Assembly (NCBI RefSeq): GCF_011386835.1
Contig: NC_088792.1
Location: 287,556,001 to 287,620,000 of the forward strand
DNA from: Chrysemys picta bellii
Taxonomy: Eukaryota
Reading direction: 5' to 3'
Length of the DNA: 64,000 nucleotides
Part shown: positions 50,414 through 63,329 of the stretch, piece after piece
How the letters are laid out: every line of letters begins with the position of its first letter
Position numbering within the stretch: position 1 is the first letter of the stretch
Made by a program: the position numbers and the translations under genes
Notes under the pieces: model-generated
The model's database searches: none
Told to the model about the DNA's origin: nothing
What the model saw: the letters and a program-made list of their open reading frames with translations, nothing else

Positions 50414-52807
50414 CAACTTCAATGTATACCCCAAATTAAGAAACACAGTAAAAGAACTAAAAAAGAGCCACTGTGGCTTAACAACCATGTAAAAGAAGCA
50501 GTGAAAGATAAAAAGACTTCCTTTAAAAAGTGAAAGTCAAATCCTAGTGAGGCAAATAGAAAGGAGCATAAACGCTGCCAAATTAAGTGCAAGAATGTAA
50601 TAAGAAAAGCCAAAGAGGAGTTTGAAGAACGGCTAGCCAAAAACTCCAAAGGTAATAACAAAATGTTTTTGAAGTATATCAGAAGCAGGAAGCCTGCTAA
50701 ACAACCAGTGGGGCCCCTTGATGATCGAGATACAAAAGGAGCGCTTAAAGACGATAGTCATTGCGGAGAAACTAAATGGATTCTTTGCTTCAGTCTTCAC
50801 GGCTGAGGATGTTAGGGAGATTCCCAAACCTGAGCCGGCTTTTGTAGGTGACAAATCTGAGGAACTGTCACAGATTGAAGTGTCACGAGAGGAGGTTTTG
50901 GAATTAATTGATAAACTTAACATTAACAAGTCACCGGGACCAGATGGCATTCACCCAAGAGTTCTGAAAGAACTCAAATGTGAAGTTGCGGAACTATTAA
51001 CTAAGGTTTGTAACTTGTCCTTTTTAAATCGGCTTCTGTACCCAATGACTGGAAGTTAGCTAATGTAACGCCAATATTTAAAAAGGGCTCTAGAGGTGAT
51101 CCTGGCAATTACAGACCAGTAAGTCTAACATCGGTACTGGGCAAATTGTCGAAACAATAGTTAAGAATAAAATCGTCAGACACATAGAAAAACATAAACT
51201 GTTGAGCAATAGTCAACAGGGTTTCCGTAAAGGGAAATCGTGTCTTACTAATCTATTAGAGTTCTTTGAAGGGATCAACAAACATGTGGATAAGGGGGAT
51301 CCAGTGGACATAGTGTACTTAGATTTCCAGAAAGCCTTTGACAAGGTCCCTCACCAAAGGCTCTTAAGTAAAGTAAGTTGACATGGGATAAAAGGGAAGG
51401 TCCTTTCATGGATTGAGAACCGGTTAAAAGACCGGGAACAAAGGGTAGGAATTAATGGTAAATTCTCAGAATGGAGAGGGGTAACTAGTGGTGTTCCCCA
51501 AGGGTCAGTCCTCGGACTGATCCTATTCAACTTATTTATATATGATCTGGAGAAAGGGGTAAAGAGAGAGGTGGCAAAGTTTGCAGATGATACTAAACTG
51601 CTCAAGATAGTTAAGACCAAAGCAGACTTTGATGAACTTCAAAAAGACCTCACAAAACTAAGTGAGTGGGCAACAAAATGGCAAATGAAATTTAAGGTGG
51701 ATAAATGTAAAGTAATGCACATTGGAAAAAATAACCCCAACTATACATACAATATATTGGAGGGAGGGATAACTCAGTGGTTTGAGCATTGGCCTGCTAA
51801 ACCCAGGGTTGTGAGCTCAATCCTTAAGGGGGCCACTTAGGAATCTGGGGCAAAATCAGTACTTGGTCCTGCTAGTGAAGGCAGGGGGCTGGACTTGATG
51901 ACCTTTCAAGGTCCCTTCCAGCTCTAGGAGATGGGATATTTCCATTAATTTATATTTTTTATTTATATTTTAATATGATGGGAGCTAATTGAGCTACAGC
52001 AAGTCAGGAAAAAGATCTTGGAGTCATCGTGGATAGTTCTCTGAAGCTGTCCGCGCAGTGTGCTGGGGCGGTCAAAAAAGCAAACAGGATGTTGGGGATC
52101 ATTAAAAAGGAGATAGAGAATAAGACTGAGAATATATTATTGCCCTTATATAAATCGATGGTACGTCCACATCTCGAATACTGTGTACAGATGTGGTCTT
52201 CTCATCTAAAAAAAAGATATACTGGCATTAGAAAAGGTTCAGAAAAGGGCAACTAAAATGATTAGGGGTTTGGAACGGGTCCCATATGAGGAGAGATTAA
52301 AGAGGCTAGGACTCTTCAGCTTGGAAAAGAGGAGACTAAGGGGGGATATGATAGAGGTATATAAAATCATGAGTGATGTGGAGAAAGTGGATAAGGAAAA
52401 GTTATTTACTTATTCACATAATACAAAAACTAGGGGTCACCAAATGAAATTAATAGGCAGCAGGTTTTAAACAAATACAAGGAAGTTCTTCTTCACACAG
52501 CGCACAGTCAACTTGTGGAACTCCTACCTGAGGAGATTGTGAAGGCTAGGACTATAACAGCGTTTAAAAGAGAACTGGATAAATTCATGGTGGTTAAGTC
52601 CATTAATGGCTATTAGCCAGGATGGGTAAGGAATGTCCCTAGTCTCTGTCTGTCAGAGGGTGGAGATGGATGGCAGGAGAGAGATCACTTGATCATTGCC
52701 TGTTAGGTTCACTCCCTCTGGGGCACCTGGCATTGGCCACTGTTGGTAGACAGGATACTGGGCTGGATGAACCTTTGGTTTGACCCGATACGGCCGTTCT
52801 TATGTTC
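50414..52807 (+). mobile_element. CR1 LINE (~2.4 kb, 5'-truncated) inserted into the DIRS recombinase gene
   Basis: [48 protein letters not shown]; (ttatgttc) tail; ttacc duplicated at 50409-50413 and 52808-52812. Confidence 0.95.
51756..51971 (+). mobile_element. Tortoise polIII/SINE nested in the CR1
   Basis: Head nearly identical to the 26203 copy (gggagggataactcagtggtttgagcattggcctgctaaacccaggg); aatat duplicated at 51751-51755 and 51972-51976; CR1 sequence resumes afterwards. Confidence 0.9.
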
Positions 52808-53710
52808 TTACCTCCAAAACTGGAAAAGATTTTTCCCTCTGGTGCCAAACACAGCAAATATCTGCACAACAGGCCCCACTCCCGATCATCCTGGATTACC
52901 TACTATTCCTAAAAAAAACTCAGGACTGGCTATGAGCTTGATTAAAGGCCTATAAATCTCGCAGCAATAAAGGCCTTCCACCAATAGGTGGATGGGACAT
53001 CAGTATTCGCCCATCCCATTATTAGGAGGTTCTTAACGGGGCTACAGAACACATACCCGGATATCTGTGAACCCCCTCCGGCATTGGATTTAAACTTAGT
53101 GCTCAAATGTCTAACCAGAAAACCATTCGAACCCTTAGCATCGTGTTCTTTACTTCACTTATCTATGAAAGTGGCATTCTTGATAGCCATCACATCGGCA
53201 TGAAGAGTGAGAGAGATTTGGGCACTCATGGCTTACCTCCCATACACAATATTCTATAAGGACAAAGTGACTCTGAGGCCACAACCTAAATTCATGCCCT
53301 AAATATCGTCCTCATTCCACCTAAACCAGCCTATTCTCTTACCTATATTTCAGCTGAAACCACACCGCAACCTCCCAGACAGTGTTACATACATTAGATG
53401 TCCGTGGCACCCAGGCCTTTTATCTGGACAGAACAAAGGCCTTTTGTAAATCTCCCAGCCTATTTGTATCAATGACAGAAAGATCAAAAGGTGCAGCTAT
53501 ATCCACACACAGACTATCTAAATGGATATCACACTGCATCCAATTGTGCTACTCCCTATGTAACGCAGAAGCCCCAATGGGCATCAGAACACACTCAACA
53601 AGAGCTGTAGGACTTCTATAGCATTCCCGCACAACGTACCCATCCTAGACATATGCAGAGCAGCCACGTGGGCATTTGAACACACTAACCATTATGCCAT
53701 CACGCTCAGC
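52808..53710 (+). pseudogene. DIRS tyrosine recombinase, C-terminal part; the N-terminal stub is at about 50340-50413
   Basis: YLQNWKRF, AHPIIRRFLTGL, DLNLVL..L...PFEPL, VAFLIAITSA*RV.E (Arg codon apparently turned to TGA at 53201), LHTLDVR, HSTRA at 53592-53606. Confidence 0.9.
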
Positions 53711-53846
53711 TCGAGCACAGACACAAGGGTAAGCTTCACGGACCTAGCCGCAGCTACAGACTCCACTCTGAAGCCCCTTCCATCCTCATGAGGGCTTTGC
53801 TCATTCACCTGAAGTGCAGCACCCGGAGGGACAGCACTCAACGAAG

Positions 53847-53913
53847 AAGGGAAGGTTACTCACTTTGTGCAGTAACTGAGATTCTTCGAGATGTCCCCCT
53901 GTGGGTGCTTCAC
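53847..53913 (+). other. DIRS internal complementary region (ICR)
   Basis: 53847-53880 is the reverse complement of the right extension 54147-54180 (33 of 34); 53881-53913 copies the start of the left ITR. Confidence 0.92.
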
Positions 53914-54682
53914 TACCCAGCCTCCTCCCTTCTACTTCGGAGTAAGAACTCGAGGCTCTATGGTAGAGAAGGCACCGAGGGGGTCGGGGCATGTGCGCGC
54001 CAGAAGAGACGCCAGCAGTGTTGCGAGACAGCTACTGCGCATGCGCGCCCCCACCAGACACTTCTAGCAAAAATCTCCGATTGAAGGCGCCGGGACGCAC
54101 TGCCACCTGAAGTGGAGCACCCACAGGTACACACATCTCGAAGAACCTCAGTTACTGCACAAGGTGAGTAACCTTCCCTTTTGTGCCAGGATAGAAATGT
54201 CACTATAGAGCACTGCAGGAGATGAACGTTTGGACTCACTCAATACCCCCCCTTCTCAGGGGTCTGACAGACAGCCCCTTATGCGCCTCAGCAACGACAT
54301 TCCTGCTAATCAGAGTTTTACAGATTCTCTGTTCTCAAGTGCACATCCTTGCTGATGCCCCAAGCCTACCGAATTCTCGCGTAACAGAAAATTACCCCTC
54401 CCTGTCAGGAATGAGATTGATGGAAGCCATTTGACAGCCTTACTCTCAGTAACTAAAACTAACATTGCTTAGCTGACGGAAAAGCAGCTCTGTAAGAAGT
54501 GACAGCCAACTCACTAGCCCTAGGAGATAAGGAATGGGGCAACCCCATTTCACTCCTTTGTTTGCATTTATAGCACTGCAGCTTTCACATCAAGCTTCTT
54601 TAAAAGGGGAACTGTCAAGGCTAAACCCCCCAAATCTGACCCATCTTTCTTATCCCCCTTACAGATGCTCAGATACCAGGAA

Positions 54683-54927
54683 AAAGAACAGGAGTACATG
54701 TTGCACCTTAGAGACTAACACATTTATTTGGGCATAAGCTTTTGTGGGCTAAAACCGACGTCAGCGGAAGCATGCAGTGGAAAATACAGTAGGAAGATAT
54801 ATACACAGAGAACATGAAAAAATGGGCGTTGCCATACCAACTCTAACGAGACTTATCAATTAAGATGGGCTATTTTCAGCAGGAGAAAAAAAAAACTTTT
54901 GTAGTGATAATCAGGATGGCCCATTTC
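54683..54927. mobile_element. Penelope-like fragment, longer, running through the hammerhead-like region
   Basis: aaaaagaacaggagtac...gcaccttagagactaac...gcataagcttttgtgggctaaaacc...catgcagtggaaaatacagtagg; shares its terminus with the 11812 copy. Confidence 0.8.
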
Positions 54928-55077
54928 ATACCAGCGTGACACATGGCATCAAAATACCTGTAAAGACAACTGCTTAGAAAGCCCGTTGTGTGCCTGGGGT
55001 GGATGGGGGCATCCCCACACTGTATTACAATGTTCTTTATTTCTCAATTAAATAGATCACTGTCAGGTGTCCTGTTC

Positions 55078-55320
55078 GAGCCCTGCAAATGCACAGATAT
55101 CTGCTTTATATCCACGGATACCTGCGGATGTGATTGTATTGTTTACCATCTGTGAGGATCATGGATTGAAGGCGGATCCAAATTTTTGTATCTGCAGAGG
55201 GCTCAAACAATGAGATAGGGGGCTGGTGCACATGCGGATACTTATAAAAGATGGCGTGTCAGATACAAGTTTAATTATGGCAGATGCGGATCCAAATTTT
55301 TATATCCGCACAGGGCTCTA
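55078..55320. mobile_element. hAT-type MITE with repeated gcggat/atccgc subterminal motifs and a duplicated right end
   Basis: gagccctgc ... gcacagggctcta termini; gcggatccaaattttt..atc.gca.agggctc occurs at about 55171-55204 and 55286-55320. Confidence 0.6.
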
Positions 55321-57076
55321 GTCCTGGTAGTCAAGAGCAATTCCACAAAAACAAACCAGTATAGGCAGGAGCAACCTTCCAGGAAATCCATTACCCACAG
55401 CCCCCACAGGCTCACCAGTTCCAGCTCTTAGCTCTAGAAGTCTTTCTAGGTTCTTCTATGGTCCAGAGGAATGGATTGAGCCCGATGAGGGAGGAAAGGA
55501 GGGAATGTGGTGAGCTAGCGGTGAGCGGGAGGGTCTGGCAGGGGAGTGCGGTGGCTTGGCAGTGCGCTGGAGCTGGCTGGGCGCAGGGGGCAGCATGGCA
55601 TGGCTGGGGCCAGCCTGGCACTCGGAGTGGCCAGTGGCTTGGCCTGGTGTGGCTGGGGCCGGTGTAAGGGTAAAAACAGCACCCGGCACGTTTTGCCAGG
55701 CCTGGCGGGCCGGGCATGGGGGGCCAGCCAAGTGGCTTGGGGGAGGGGGGTGAGCGGTTCAGCCTGGCATGGTCGGGGCCGGCTTGGCCTATCAGCTCGG
55801 GGGGTTGGTGGTGGCTCAGCTTGGTGTGGCTAGGGCCTGCACTGGTGCTGGGCAGTTTGTGACTCCTCCAGTCGCGGGAAGGGGGCCCTCAGGGTTCCTC
55901 CTGTTACAGGGGCAGGGGGAGTTTGCGGGTCAGAGCCTTGGCTGGAAGGGGCGTGGCCAGCGTGCTAGCCTCCCCAACGTGGGGGTTCACCCACCAGCCA
56001 TGCTGCTAAGCAATGATGTTGTGACACTTCTATACTAGCAACCACCTGAGCACAGACCAGCATATATTATACGGTGTAGTGTATTTCATTCGGCGAACTG
56101 GTATAACCTAGCCGAGCGAAAGCACTTGTTTGCATGTATAAGCTGTATCTACCCTAAGGGGTTTTGCCACTATAATCACTTCGCTAAAGCTATACATACA
56201 AACCTTTCTAGTGTAGGTGCGACTACTGCCTTACCCAAAGTCAGACACCACCTGAAGCAGATCTCCCAGAGTCTCAGTCCAGTGCCTCCCCACAAGATCA
56301 TTCTGCGTCTCTACACTCGCTGAGAACGCCACCATGCTCTCGGTTGTGGAATATATGACGTGACGCCTCGTTGGCTGAACCACTGGCTGCATTTTAAGGT
56401 GCTGCCTGTCAGCCTAGGCCTAAAGAGACCAAGTATATTCTTATGGCAACTGTGTGTGATTTCCAAAAGAGATTTATGCCCACGTTTTCAGTTAGACGTG
56501 CACAACTGAATGCATACATTTCATAGACCACCTAAATGACCAATGTGCACATGCAAATCAGGTATTTGTGAGCATATGTGATCAGCTACACACCTACCTG
56601 GCCACATGCCTATGCAAATCTCCACTTTGCACAAACATCAGCTTTTTGCATGCTAAAATTAAGTGGTTACAAATCTATTAATGCAATCCTATTTGCCTAT
56701 ATTGGAAAATATGTACTTATCTTATATCAATACCTGTAACTAAACAAGTGGGTGCCCAGACGCCATGTAAAAGATGGTAGATATAAAGTGAGGTCTTCTA
56801 CTTCCTTCCTGAATGCAGCTACAGCGAGCCCTCGCTATTGCTGAGCATCTCCGTGTTCTATTTCAAACAGCTTATAACCACTGGATTTCAGGAAGTCACT
56901 GAGCAAATATGAGTACGTGAATGACCATCAGAAAGTGTAAGAACACTCTGGAAAGAAAGGGAAGAAAAACAAGGGAATTTTACTAATTTCCTCCTAAAAA
57001 TTGTCAAAGTGAGAGCAACCCATCCATCTAGAACTGGTGCAGGGAATACCTTGACAAGTATCCTTGTAGCATATCA

Positions 57077-57360
57077 GGCTACATCTACACTACGGGGGGG
57101 GTCGATTTAAGATACGCAAATTCAGCTACGCGAATAGCGTAGCTGAATTCGACGTATCGCAGCTGACTTACCCCGCTGTAGGGACGGCGGCAAAATCGAC
57201 CTCTGCGGCTTGCCATCGACGGCGCTTACTCCTACCTCCGCTGGTGGAGTAAGAGCGTCGATTCGGGGATCGATTGTCGCGTCCCAACGGGACACGATAA
57301 ATCGATCCCCGAGAGGTCGATTTCTACCCGCCGATTCAGGCGGGCAGTGTAGACCCAGCC
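57077..57360. mobile_element. Young CpG-rich Harbinger MITE
   Basis: TIR ggctacatctacact / agtgtagacccagcc (12 of 15); 3-bp TSD tca at 57074-57076 and 57361-57363; many retained CpG; internal palindrome attcagctacgc..gcgtagctgaat. Confidence 0.9.
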
Positions 57361-57405
57361 TCAGACTCCCTTACTGGATAAAAAGACTATAGGAGAAAAG
57401 ACTAA

Positions 57406-57698
57406 GGCTATGTCTACACTACAAGTTATGCCAGCATAATTTATGATGCTCAGGGGCGAGAATAAGGCACTCGTCTGAGCGATATAAATTATGCCAGCAT
57501 AAGTGCTTGTGTGCACAGTGCTATGTTGGCGGGAGAGCTTCTCCCACGGACGTAGCTTCTGCCGCTCATGGAGGTGAGTTTTTATGCTGAAGGGAGAGCT
57601 TGTGCTCGACTTCATCGTTTCTTCACCCCACATGCGGCAGTGGCGAAGCTGTATTGGTACAGCTGCCCGGCTGCAGCACTGTCCGTATAGACCTGGCC
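57406..57698. mobile_element. Harbinger MITE, second family
   Basis: ggctatgtctacact ... gtatagacctggcc termini; flanks taa / tga. Confidence 0.8.
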
Positions 57699-58995
57699 TG
57701 AGAAGGCAGCTTTCAGCATCCCAGTACAGCGAGGACATCTCCAGGGAAAGCTCGGGGCCCCATTATCCTCTCACTCTGGTATGACAGCAGCGTAACTCCA
57801 GGGCCGGTGTGACAGGAGAGCCAGGCTCACGGCCTTGCAGCACTTCCCTTTGGTTTCATTTTGCAAGGAAGCTGAGCTTCTGCTATTTGTTCTGGAGGAA
57901 TGGTCAGGCTCAGAGAATTCCGGGAGCCTGTTTGCGTGGAGGAGACCTTTGCAGATAAGCAAATGATCCTATTAGTAAGAGGTTACACTCGCCCTCCCTT
58001 ACACTGCAGTAAGATCTTTCTCTGCTAAAAGAGGATTTGGTACTCAGACCGTGCTACATGGACAAGTATAGATTTGCCTGGGGCAGGCGTGTGATCCTCA
58101 AAAAGAAGAAAAACATCACAGCAGCCCTTGTCACAGGATGCAAACAGATTTTTTCACACCCGCCTGTGCATTATTGTTAGGTGAGTGATGTCTTTACAAA
58201 GGCTAAATATCCCTTTAACGTCTGCAATTGGGAACATATGGCTGGTGGCTTTACTCCTATAATGCTGTAGAAAGGGGGTGGGGGGAGAAGGAAGCTGGCT
58301 TCTTTGGCGATTGAACTCATCCATTTTTAAGCCATCTGCAGGCTAATCGAAGGCAAAGCACAAAACGAGGGCATCCACTGCAGTCTATTTTAATGGCAAT
58401 GCTTTGCATCAGGAGCTATTACCTTGCGGAAAGAGGCCTCTATAAATGATTTGGACAGTTTTGGGTTAATCACCAGGCCGTCCTACAAGATCCTAACTGA
58501 ATTAATGGGACTGGAGTTGGTAACTTTTCATCGGAGAGTCCCCCAGCACTATTTCGGCTTTTACAAGAGATAAGCCTTGGCGTTAGGGAAGAGAACAGTT
58601 ACATTTGCTAAGCCCACAGCCTTGTCTTCTAGCTGAATAAGCGACTATAGGATGGCACTGGACAGAGACTCAGACTGGTCACTGCCATTTAGAACACTGT
58701 TCACCGCACTGTAATTTCCTGATGAGCTAAAGGCCTCATGAGATGCACACTGCTGATTTTCATGAGGTTCCCAGAGTGAAGGCAGTCATGTAATCCAGCA
58801 CTCCCAACCTATAGGACGCAAACTATGTCACAGGAAATATTGTTGTTAAAGACAGAGCTACCTATCTGACTAGCAGGCCAGGGGAGAGCCAGGTACCCCC
58901 ACAAAGCATCTGCACAGCTGCTCTCCAAGTGCTTCGCAAAGAGTGGGTGAGCGATATTACCCTTTAACAGAGGGTGCAACAGGCAGAGAGGCTAA

Positions 58996-59210
58996 GGCCT
59001 ACATTTTCAAACACACCCACTGATTTCAGATACCTCATTTTTTGGGTGCCCAACTTCCCACCTAAGATCTGAATTTCTGAAGGGCCAAGCATCTGCAGCT
59101 TCCACTGGCTTCTGTTAGAAGTGTGAGCGCTAAAGCTCTCTAAAGGTCTGGCCCTGCATGTATGAAGGTGGGCACCCAAAGTTAACCGTTTTTTTAAATT
59201 TAGGCCTAAG
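58996..59210. mobile_element. Palindromic MITE-like element
   Basis: taaggcctacattttcaaa ... ttttaaatttaggcctaag termini; internal ttgggtgccca / tgggcacccaa inverted pair. Confidence 0.55.
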
Positions 59211-59719
59211 CAGCTTGCCCAAAAACACACAAAGAAAGCCAGTGGCAGAGTTGGGAACAGACCCCCCAGATCTCCTGACTTCTAGACCAACGATCCATCT
59301 ACTTGCCCACAGCTACCTACGTGTCTGCTATGAAACTGATGTGACACTTGCTTAGCTGCAGGACAATCTAAAATGGCTGACATTACAGAAGGAAGCTACA
59401 TGGTCTGAGGAACAAGAAAGAGACTGGGAGCCAGACTCCCAAACTAGTCCCGCTCTGCCACTAACTTGTTGTGTGACTGGGGGCAGGTTGTTTCACCCAT
59501 CTGCCTCCTATTCTGTAAAACAAGCACCACACCCATCTCATCACTTGGATAACATGAGGATTAGCTTTGTGTTGTCAAAGTGGTTAGGTAAACTTTATCA
59601 ATACTGTACTGCATTGATTGTCAAAATATTGGTTATTTTCACATGTACTAGCCAGCTCAAGGTAGCTTCTTAAGATCTTCTTAAAATCCAATGTGCATGA
59701 ACATTTCAGTAAAATAGAA

Positions 59720-59894
59720 TAGGGGTGGTCAATTATTTTTTGTCATGGTCCAAATTTCTTGGTCCGGGTATAGTCAAGGTCCAGGCTCCAGAGAAAACAA
59801 TAATGATAATAAGTAAATAAAAAGATTTTGGGGTCTGTTCAAAAGCATCTGGCGGTCCAGATTTAGCTCAGGGTCTGCCTACTGCCTACCTCTG
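59720..59894. mobile_element. hAT-type MITE
   Basis: taggggtggtcaa ... ctgcctacctctg termini; flanks aaatagaa / caatagga (6 of 8, degenerate 8-bp TSD). Confidence 0.65.
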
Positions 59895-60859
59895 CAATAG
59901 GAGCTTTTCCCAACTGCTTGGGGATACTCCTCCAAAACTTGTCTTTGGCTGTGTCTATATTGGGACTTCAGGGAAGTTTTTCATCATTACTCTAGCACTA
60001 GCAGGAGAGCTAGAAACAGAGAATCATAGAACTGGAAGGGACCTCGAGAGGTCATCTAGACCAGCTGTGGGAATTTTTATCCTTCTCAGAGCTGGTCTGC
60101 AGCACAGAGTGGTGTGGACCAGAGGGCCCATCTACCCTAGCATTCCTTCCATCGCTCGCAATAGTGAACACAAGAATGGAAAAATGTAGAAAAGACAAGA
60201 TGCGAGTGAGAGAGCATCAAGTAATCTCAGTTCAGCAACCAGGAGATCGCATACTGTGGAATCTTACCTCAGCTGTAGCATGGTTTGTCTGTCTCAGGGG
60301 GATTTATGTATGTGAAATGTTAAGCTACCAATGAGACACCTGAGTCTAATTAGCAACCTGCAGTCTTGATACAGATGCTTGTAATGGGAAGTTCTCATTA
60401 GTCTAAACGTATGTATTCCCCTTGGATGCATTTTGCAGAACAGCAAAAATATGTTTTCCAAATTTTCTATACCCAGAGCATCAGTTTATACAGGCAAACT
60501 CTCACCACATTACATCATCAAGTGTGGGTAATGACAGACTGCTGATTGACTGAACTCTGCTACATACTACAACTGTGACGTAGTGCAGAAATAGCCACAT
60601 CTGTTCTAAAGCATCTTTAGACACTTCAGCTTGAATTGGTCTTAAGACCAGGACTTGTGGAATCTGACACAAGGTTTTTATAGCACCCAAAAGAGCTTTA
60701 CAGAACATATCAAAAGGCCAGGATCCTGCCCAAACATGTTATCATCTAGATTTACACAACACACCAAGCGAGGATAGCAAGAAAAGAGGGGAATTGGGAA
60801 GTCCGGCGTTTGGCTACCGGTATGCCAAGACAACTGCTTACCATGCTCGCCAATATTGT

Positions 60860-61055
60860 CTGACTGTTTACATGTGCTCCCCTCATCCGTCTGTATCCAT
60901 CTGTTGTTACTTGTCTTGTCTTATCCTTAGCTTGTAAGATCTTTGGGGCGGGGACTACCTTTTTGTTCTGCATTTGTACAATGCCTTGCACATGGGGGGC
61001 TGGTCCAGGACTGGGGTTCCTAGGTGCTACGATAACACAAATAATAATAGTAGAG
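60860..61055 (+). mobile_element. L2-type 3' tail
   Basis: ttgtaagatctttggggcggggactacc...tttgtacaatgcct...cctaggtgctac...aaataataatagt. Confidence 0.6.
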
Positions 61056-61414
61056 CAAATGTGGCAATAATGTGATCACTGGCCTACTCAGTTAAGGAGT
61101 GTACACCTCTTGATGGCTTTGTAAAAGAGTTTTAGTGCCTTATGTAAGAAATAAGTTATATCAAAATAAACACAGATAATGTAATATGTTGCATCCACAC
61201 AGCACCTTCCACACTAATCCTCAACCGTCCTGGGGAAGTAGATAGGTAGGTATGATCATTCCCTTCTAGGACAAGAAAACAGAAGCAGAAAAAGATATGT
61301 CCTTGGGTGAGTCATGTCACAAGCTAGTGTCAGAGCCAGGATTTGAACCTAAGTCTTCTGACTTCAGGTTGCACGCTATAGCTCACTCTGCTGCCCAAGA
61401 CCTCACAAGTGCAC

Positions 61415-63020
61415 GAAAGATAAAAGGAAGTGTAGGTCCTCGACTTAGCGGGGAAGGCAACCTAATAACTAATGATCTCAAGACGGCTGAACAGTTTCAT
61501 GCCTATTTTGCTCCATTCTTTGCTAAAAAGATTCATGGTGACCAGCTACTCAACACAATTAATATTAACAAAGGGAAAGGAATGCACGCCAAACTAGGGA
61601 AAGAACAGGTTAAATAATATTTAGATAGTTAGATGGATAGAGTCTGCAGGGCCTGATTCAGTTTATGCTAGGATACTTGAACTCGCTGAAGCAATCGCAA
61701 AACTGTTATCGTCAATAACTCATGGAGGATGGGTACGGTCCCAAACGACTTGAAAAGGACAAGCCGTACCTTTCTTTAAAAAAGGGACCAAAGAGGATCC
61801 AAGGAATTATAAACCAGTCAGCAGAGCTTCGATACGGGATACTGGCTATTACCCTAGAGGGTAATAGGGTGATAAATAATGGCCAACAAGAGTGTGTCAA
61901 GAACTCATGCCAAACCAACCTATTTCCTTCTTTTACAGGGTTACTGGCTGAGTAAATGTGGGGAAGCTATAGATATATTTTGATTTCAATAAGGCTTTTG
62001 ACACAGTCTCACAGGCAAACTAAGGAAATGTGATCTGGATGAAATTACTTAAGTTGAGTGCACAACTTGTCTTTATAACAGAGTAATCATCAATGATTCG
62101 CTGTCAAACCGGCGGGGGACATATCTTCCTGGTTCCTGCAGGGGGTCTGTCCTGGGTTTGTTACTATTAATATTTTCATTAATGATTTGGATAACACAGT
62201 GGAGAGTATGCTTATAAAATTTGCGGATGACATCAGGGTTGGAGGGATTGCAAGCACTCTGGAGGACAGGATTAGAATTCAAAATGACCTTGACAAATTG
62301 GAGAATTGGTCTGAAATCAACAAGATGAATTCAGTAAAGTGCAAGGTACTGCACATAGGATGGAAACATCAAATGCACAAATACAAAATGCAGAAGAACT
62401 GGCTAGATGGTAGCACTGCTGAAAAGGACGTGGGGTTACAGTGAATTACTAATTCAGTACGAGCCAACAATGTGATGCAGTTGCGAAAAAGGTTAATATC
62501 AATCTGAGGTGTATTAACAGTAGATCTCAGCCAGACTAGTTTGTTCAATTGTGACTGCCATGCTTTCGGAAAGAGGTGGATAAATTAGAGAGTCCAGAGA
62601 AGAGCAACAAAAATGATAAAAGGTTTAGAAAAATCTGATCTACGAGGAAAGGTTAAAAAAACTGAGTATGTTCAGCCTTGAGAAGTGAATACTTGGGCGG
62701 GAGAATCTGATAACAGTCTTCAAATATGTTAAGGTTCTGTTATAAAGAGGATGGTGGTCAATTTTTCTCCATGCCACTGACGATAAGATGAGAAGTAATT
62801 TGGTTTAATCTTCAGCAAGGGAGATTTGAGTTAGAATGTTTTTTTTCTCCCTAATATCTAACTATAAGAATAGTTAAGCACGGGACTGGGCTTTCAAGGG
62901 AGGTTTTGGGATCCCCATCTTTGGAGGTTTTTAAGCACAGGGTGGACAAACACCTGTCCAGGATGATCTAGGTGTACCTGATCCTGCCTCAGCACAGGAG
63001 GCTGAAATCGATGACCTCTC
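61415..63020 (+). mobile_element. Older, degenerate CR1 LINE (ORF2 RT region to 3' UTR)
   Basis: TAEQFHAYFA..F, MLIKFADD.RVGG, IQNDLDKLENWSEINKM...KCKVLHIG; many stops and frameshifts; ends gatgacctc. Confidence 0.88.
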
Positions 63021-63112
63021 CTTCCCAGGGCTCCATGCCTCCACTCTCATCATTATGGCAAAGAATAGCTCAGAAGCCCATGTGCTTTTATATTGACATT
63101 GATGGAGTGTTA

Positions 63113-63329
63113 GGCCTTGTCTACATGATGAGTTGCGCTAGTTTAACTTCAGATGTGATTTCAAACTGATTTAGTTCAACCAGTGCTGAAGGCTGTGTGG
63201 ATGCGCTTATTCTGGTTTAAAGCAAGTTAAAGGTTTAGCATAAGTCCATGTAGGGGTTAATGCATTTTAACTTCACACCTTTAGTAAATTCTTCTTAACT
63301 TTCTTGAGCATCCCCATGTAGACAAGCAG
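63113..63329. mobile_element. Harbinger MITE
   Basis: ggccttgtctaca / tgtagacaagcag (10 of 13); TSD tta at 63110-63112 and 63330-63332. Confidence 0.8.

Larger units (their letters stand above)
46006..54180 (+). mobile_element. DIRS1-type tyrosine-recombinase retrotransposon, structurally complete, inactivated
   Basis: Inverted terminal repeats at about 46006-46185 and 53965-54146; right extension 54147-54180; internal complementary region 53847-53913; gag, RT, RNase H, MT and YR remnants in the expected order. Confidence 0.95.
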
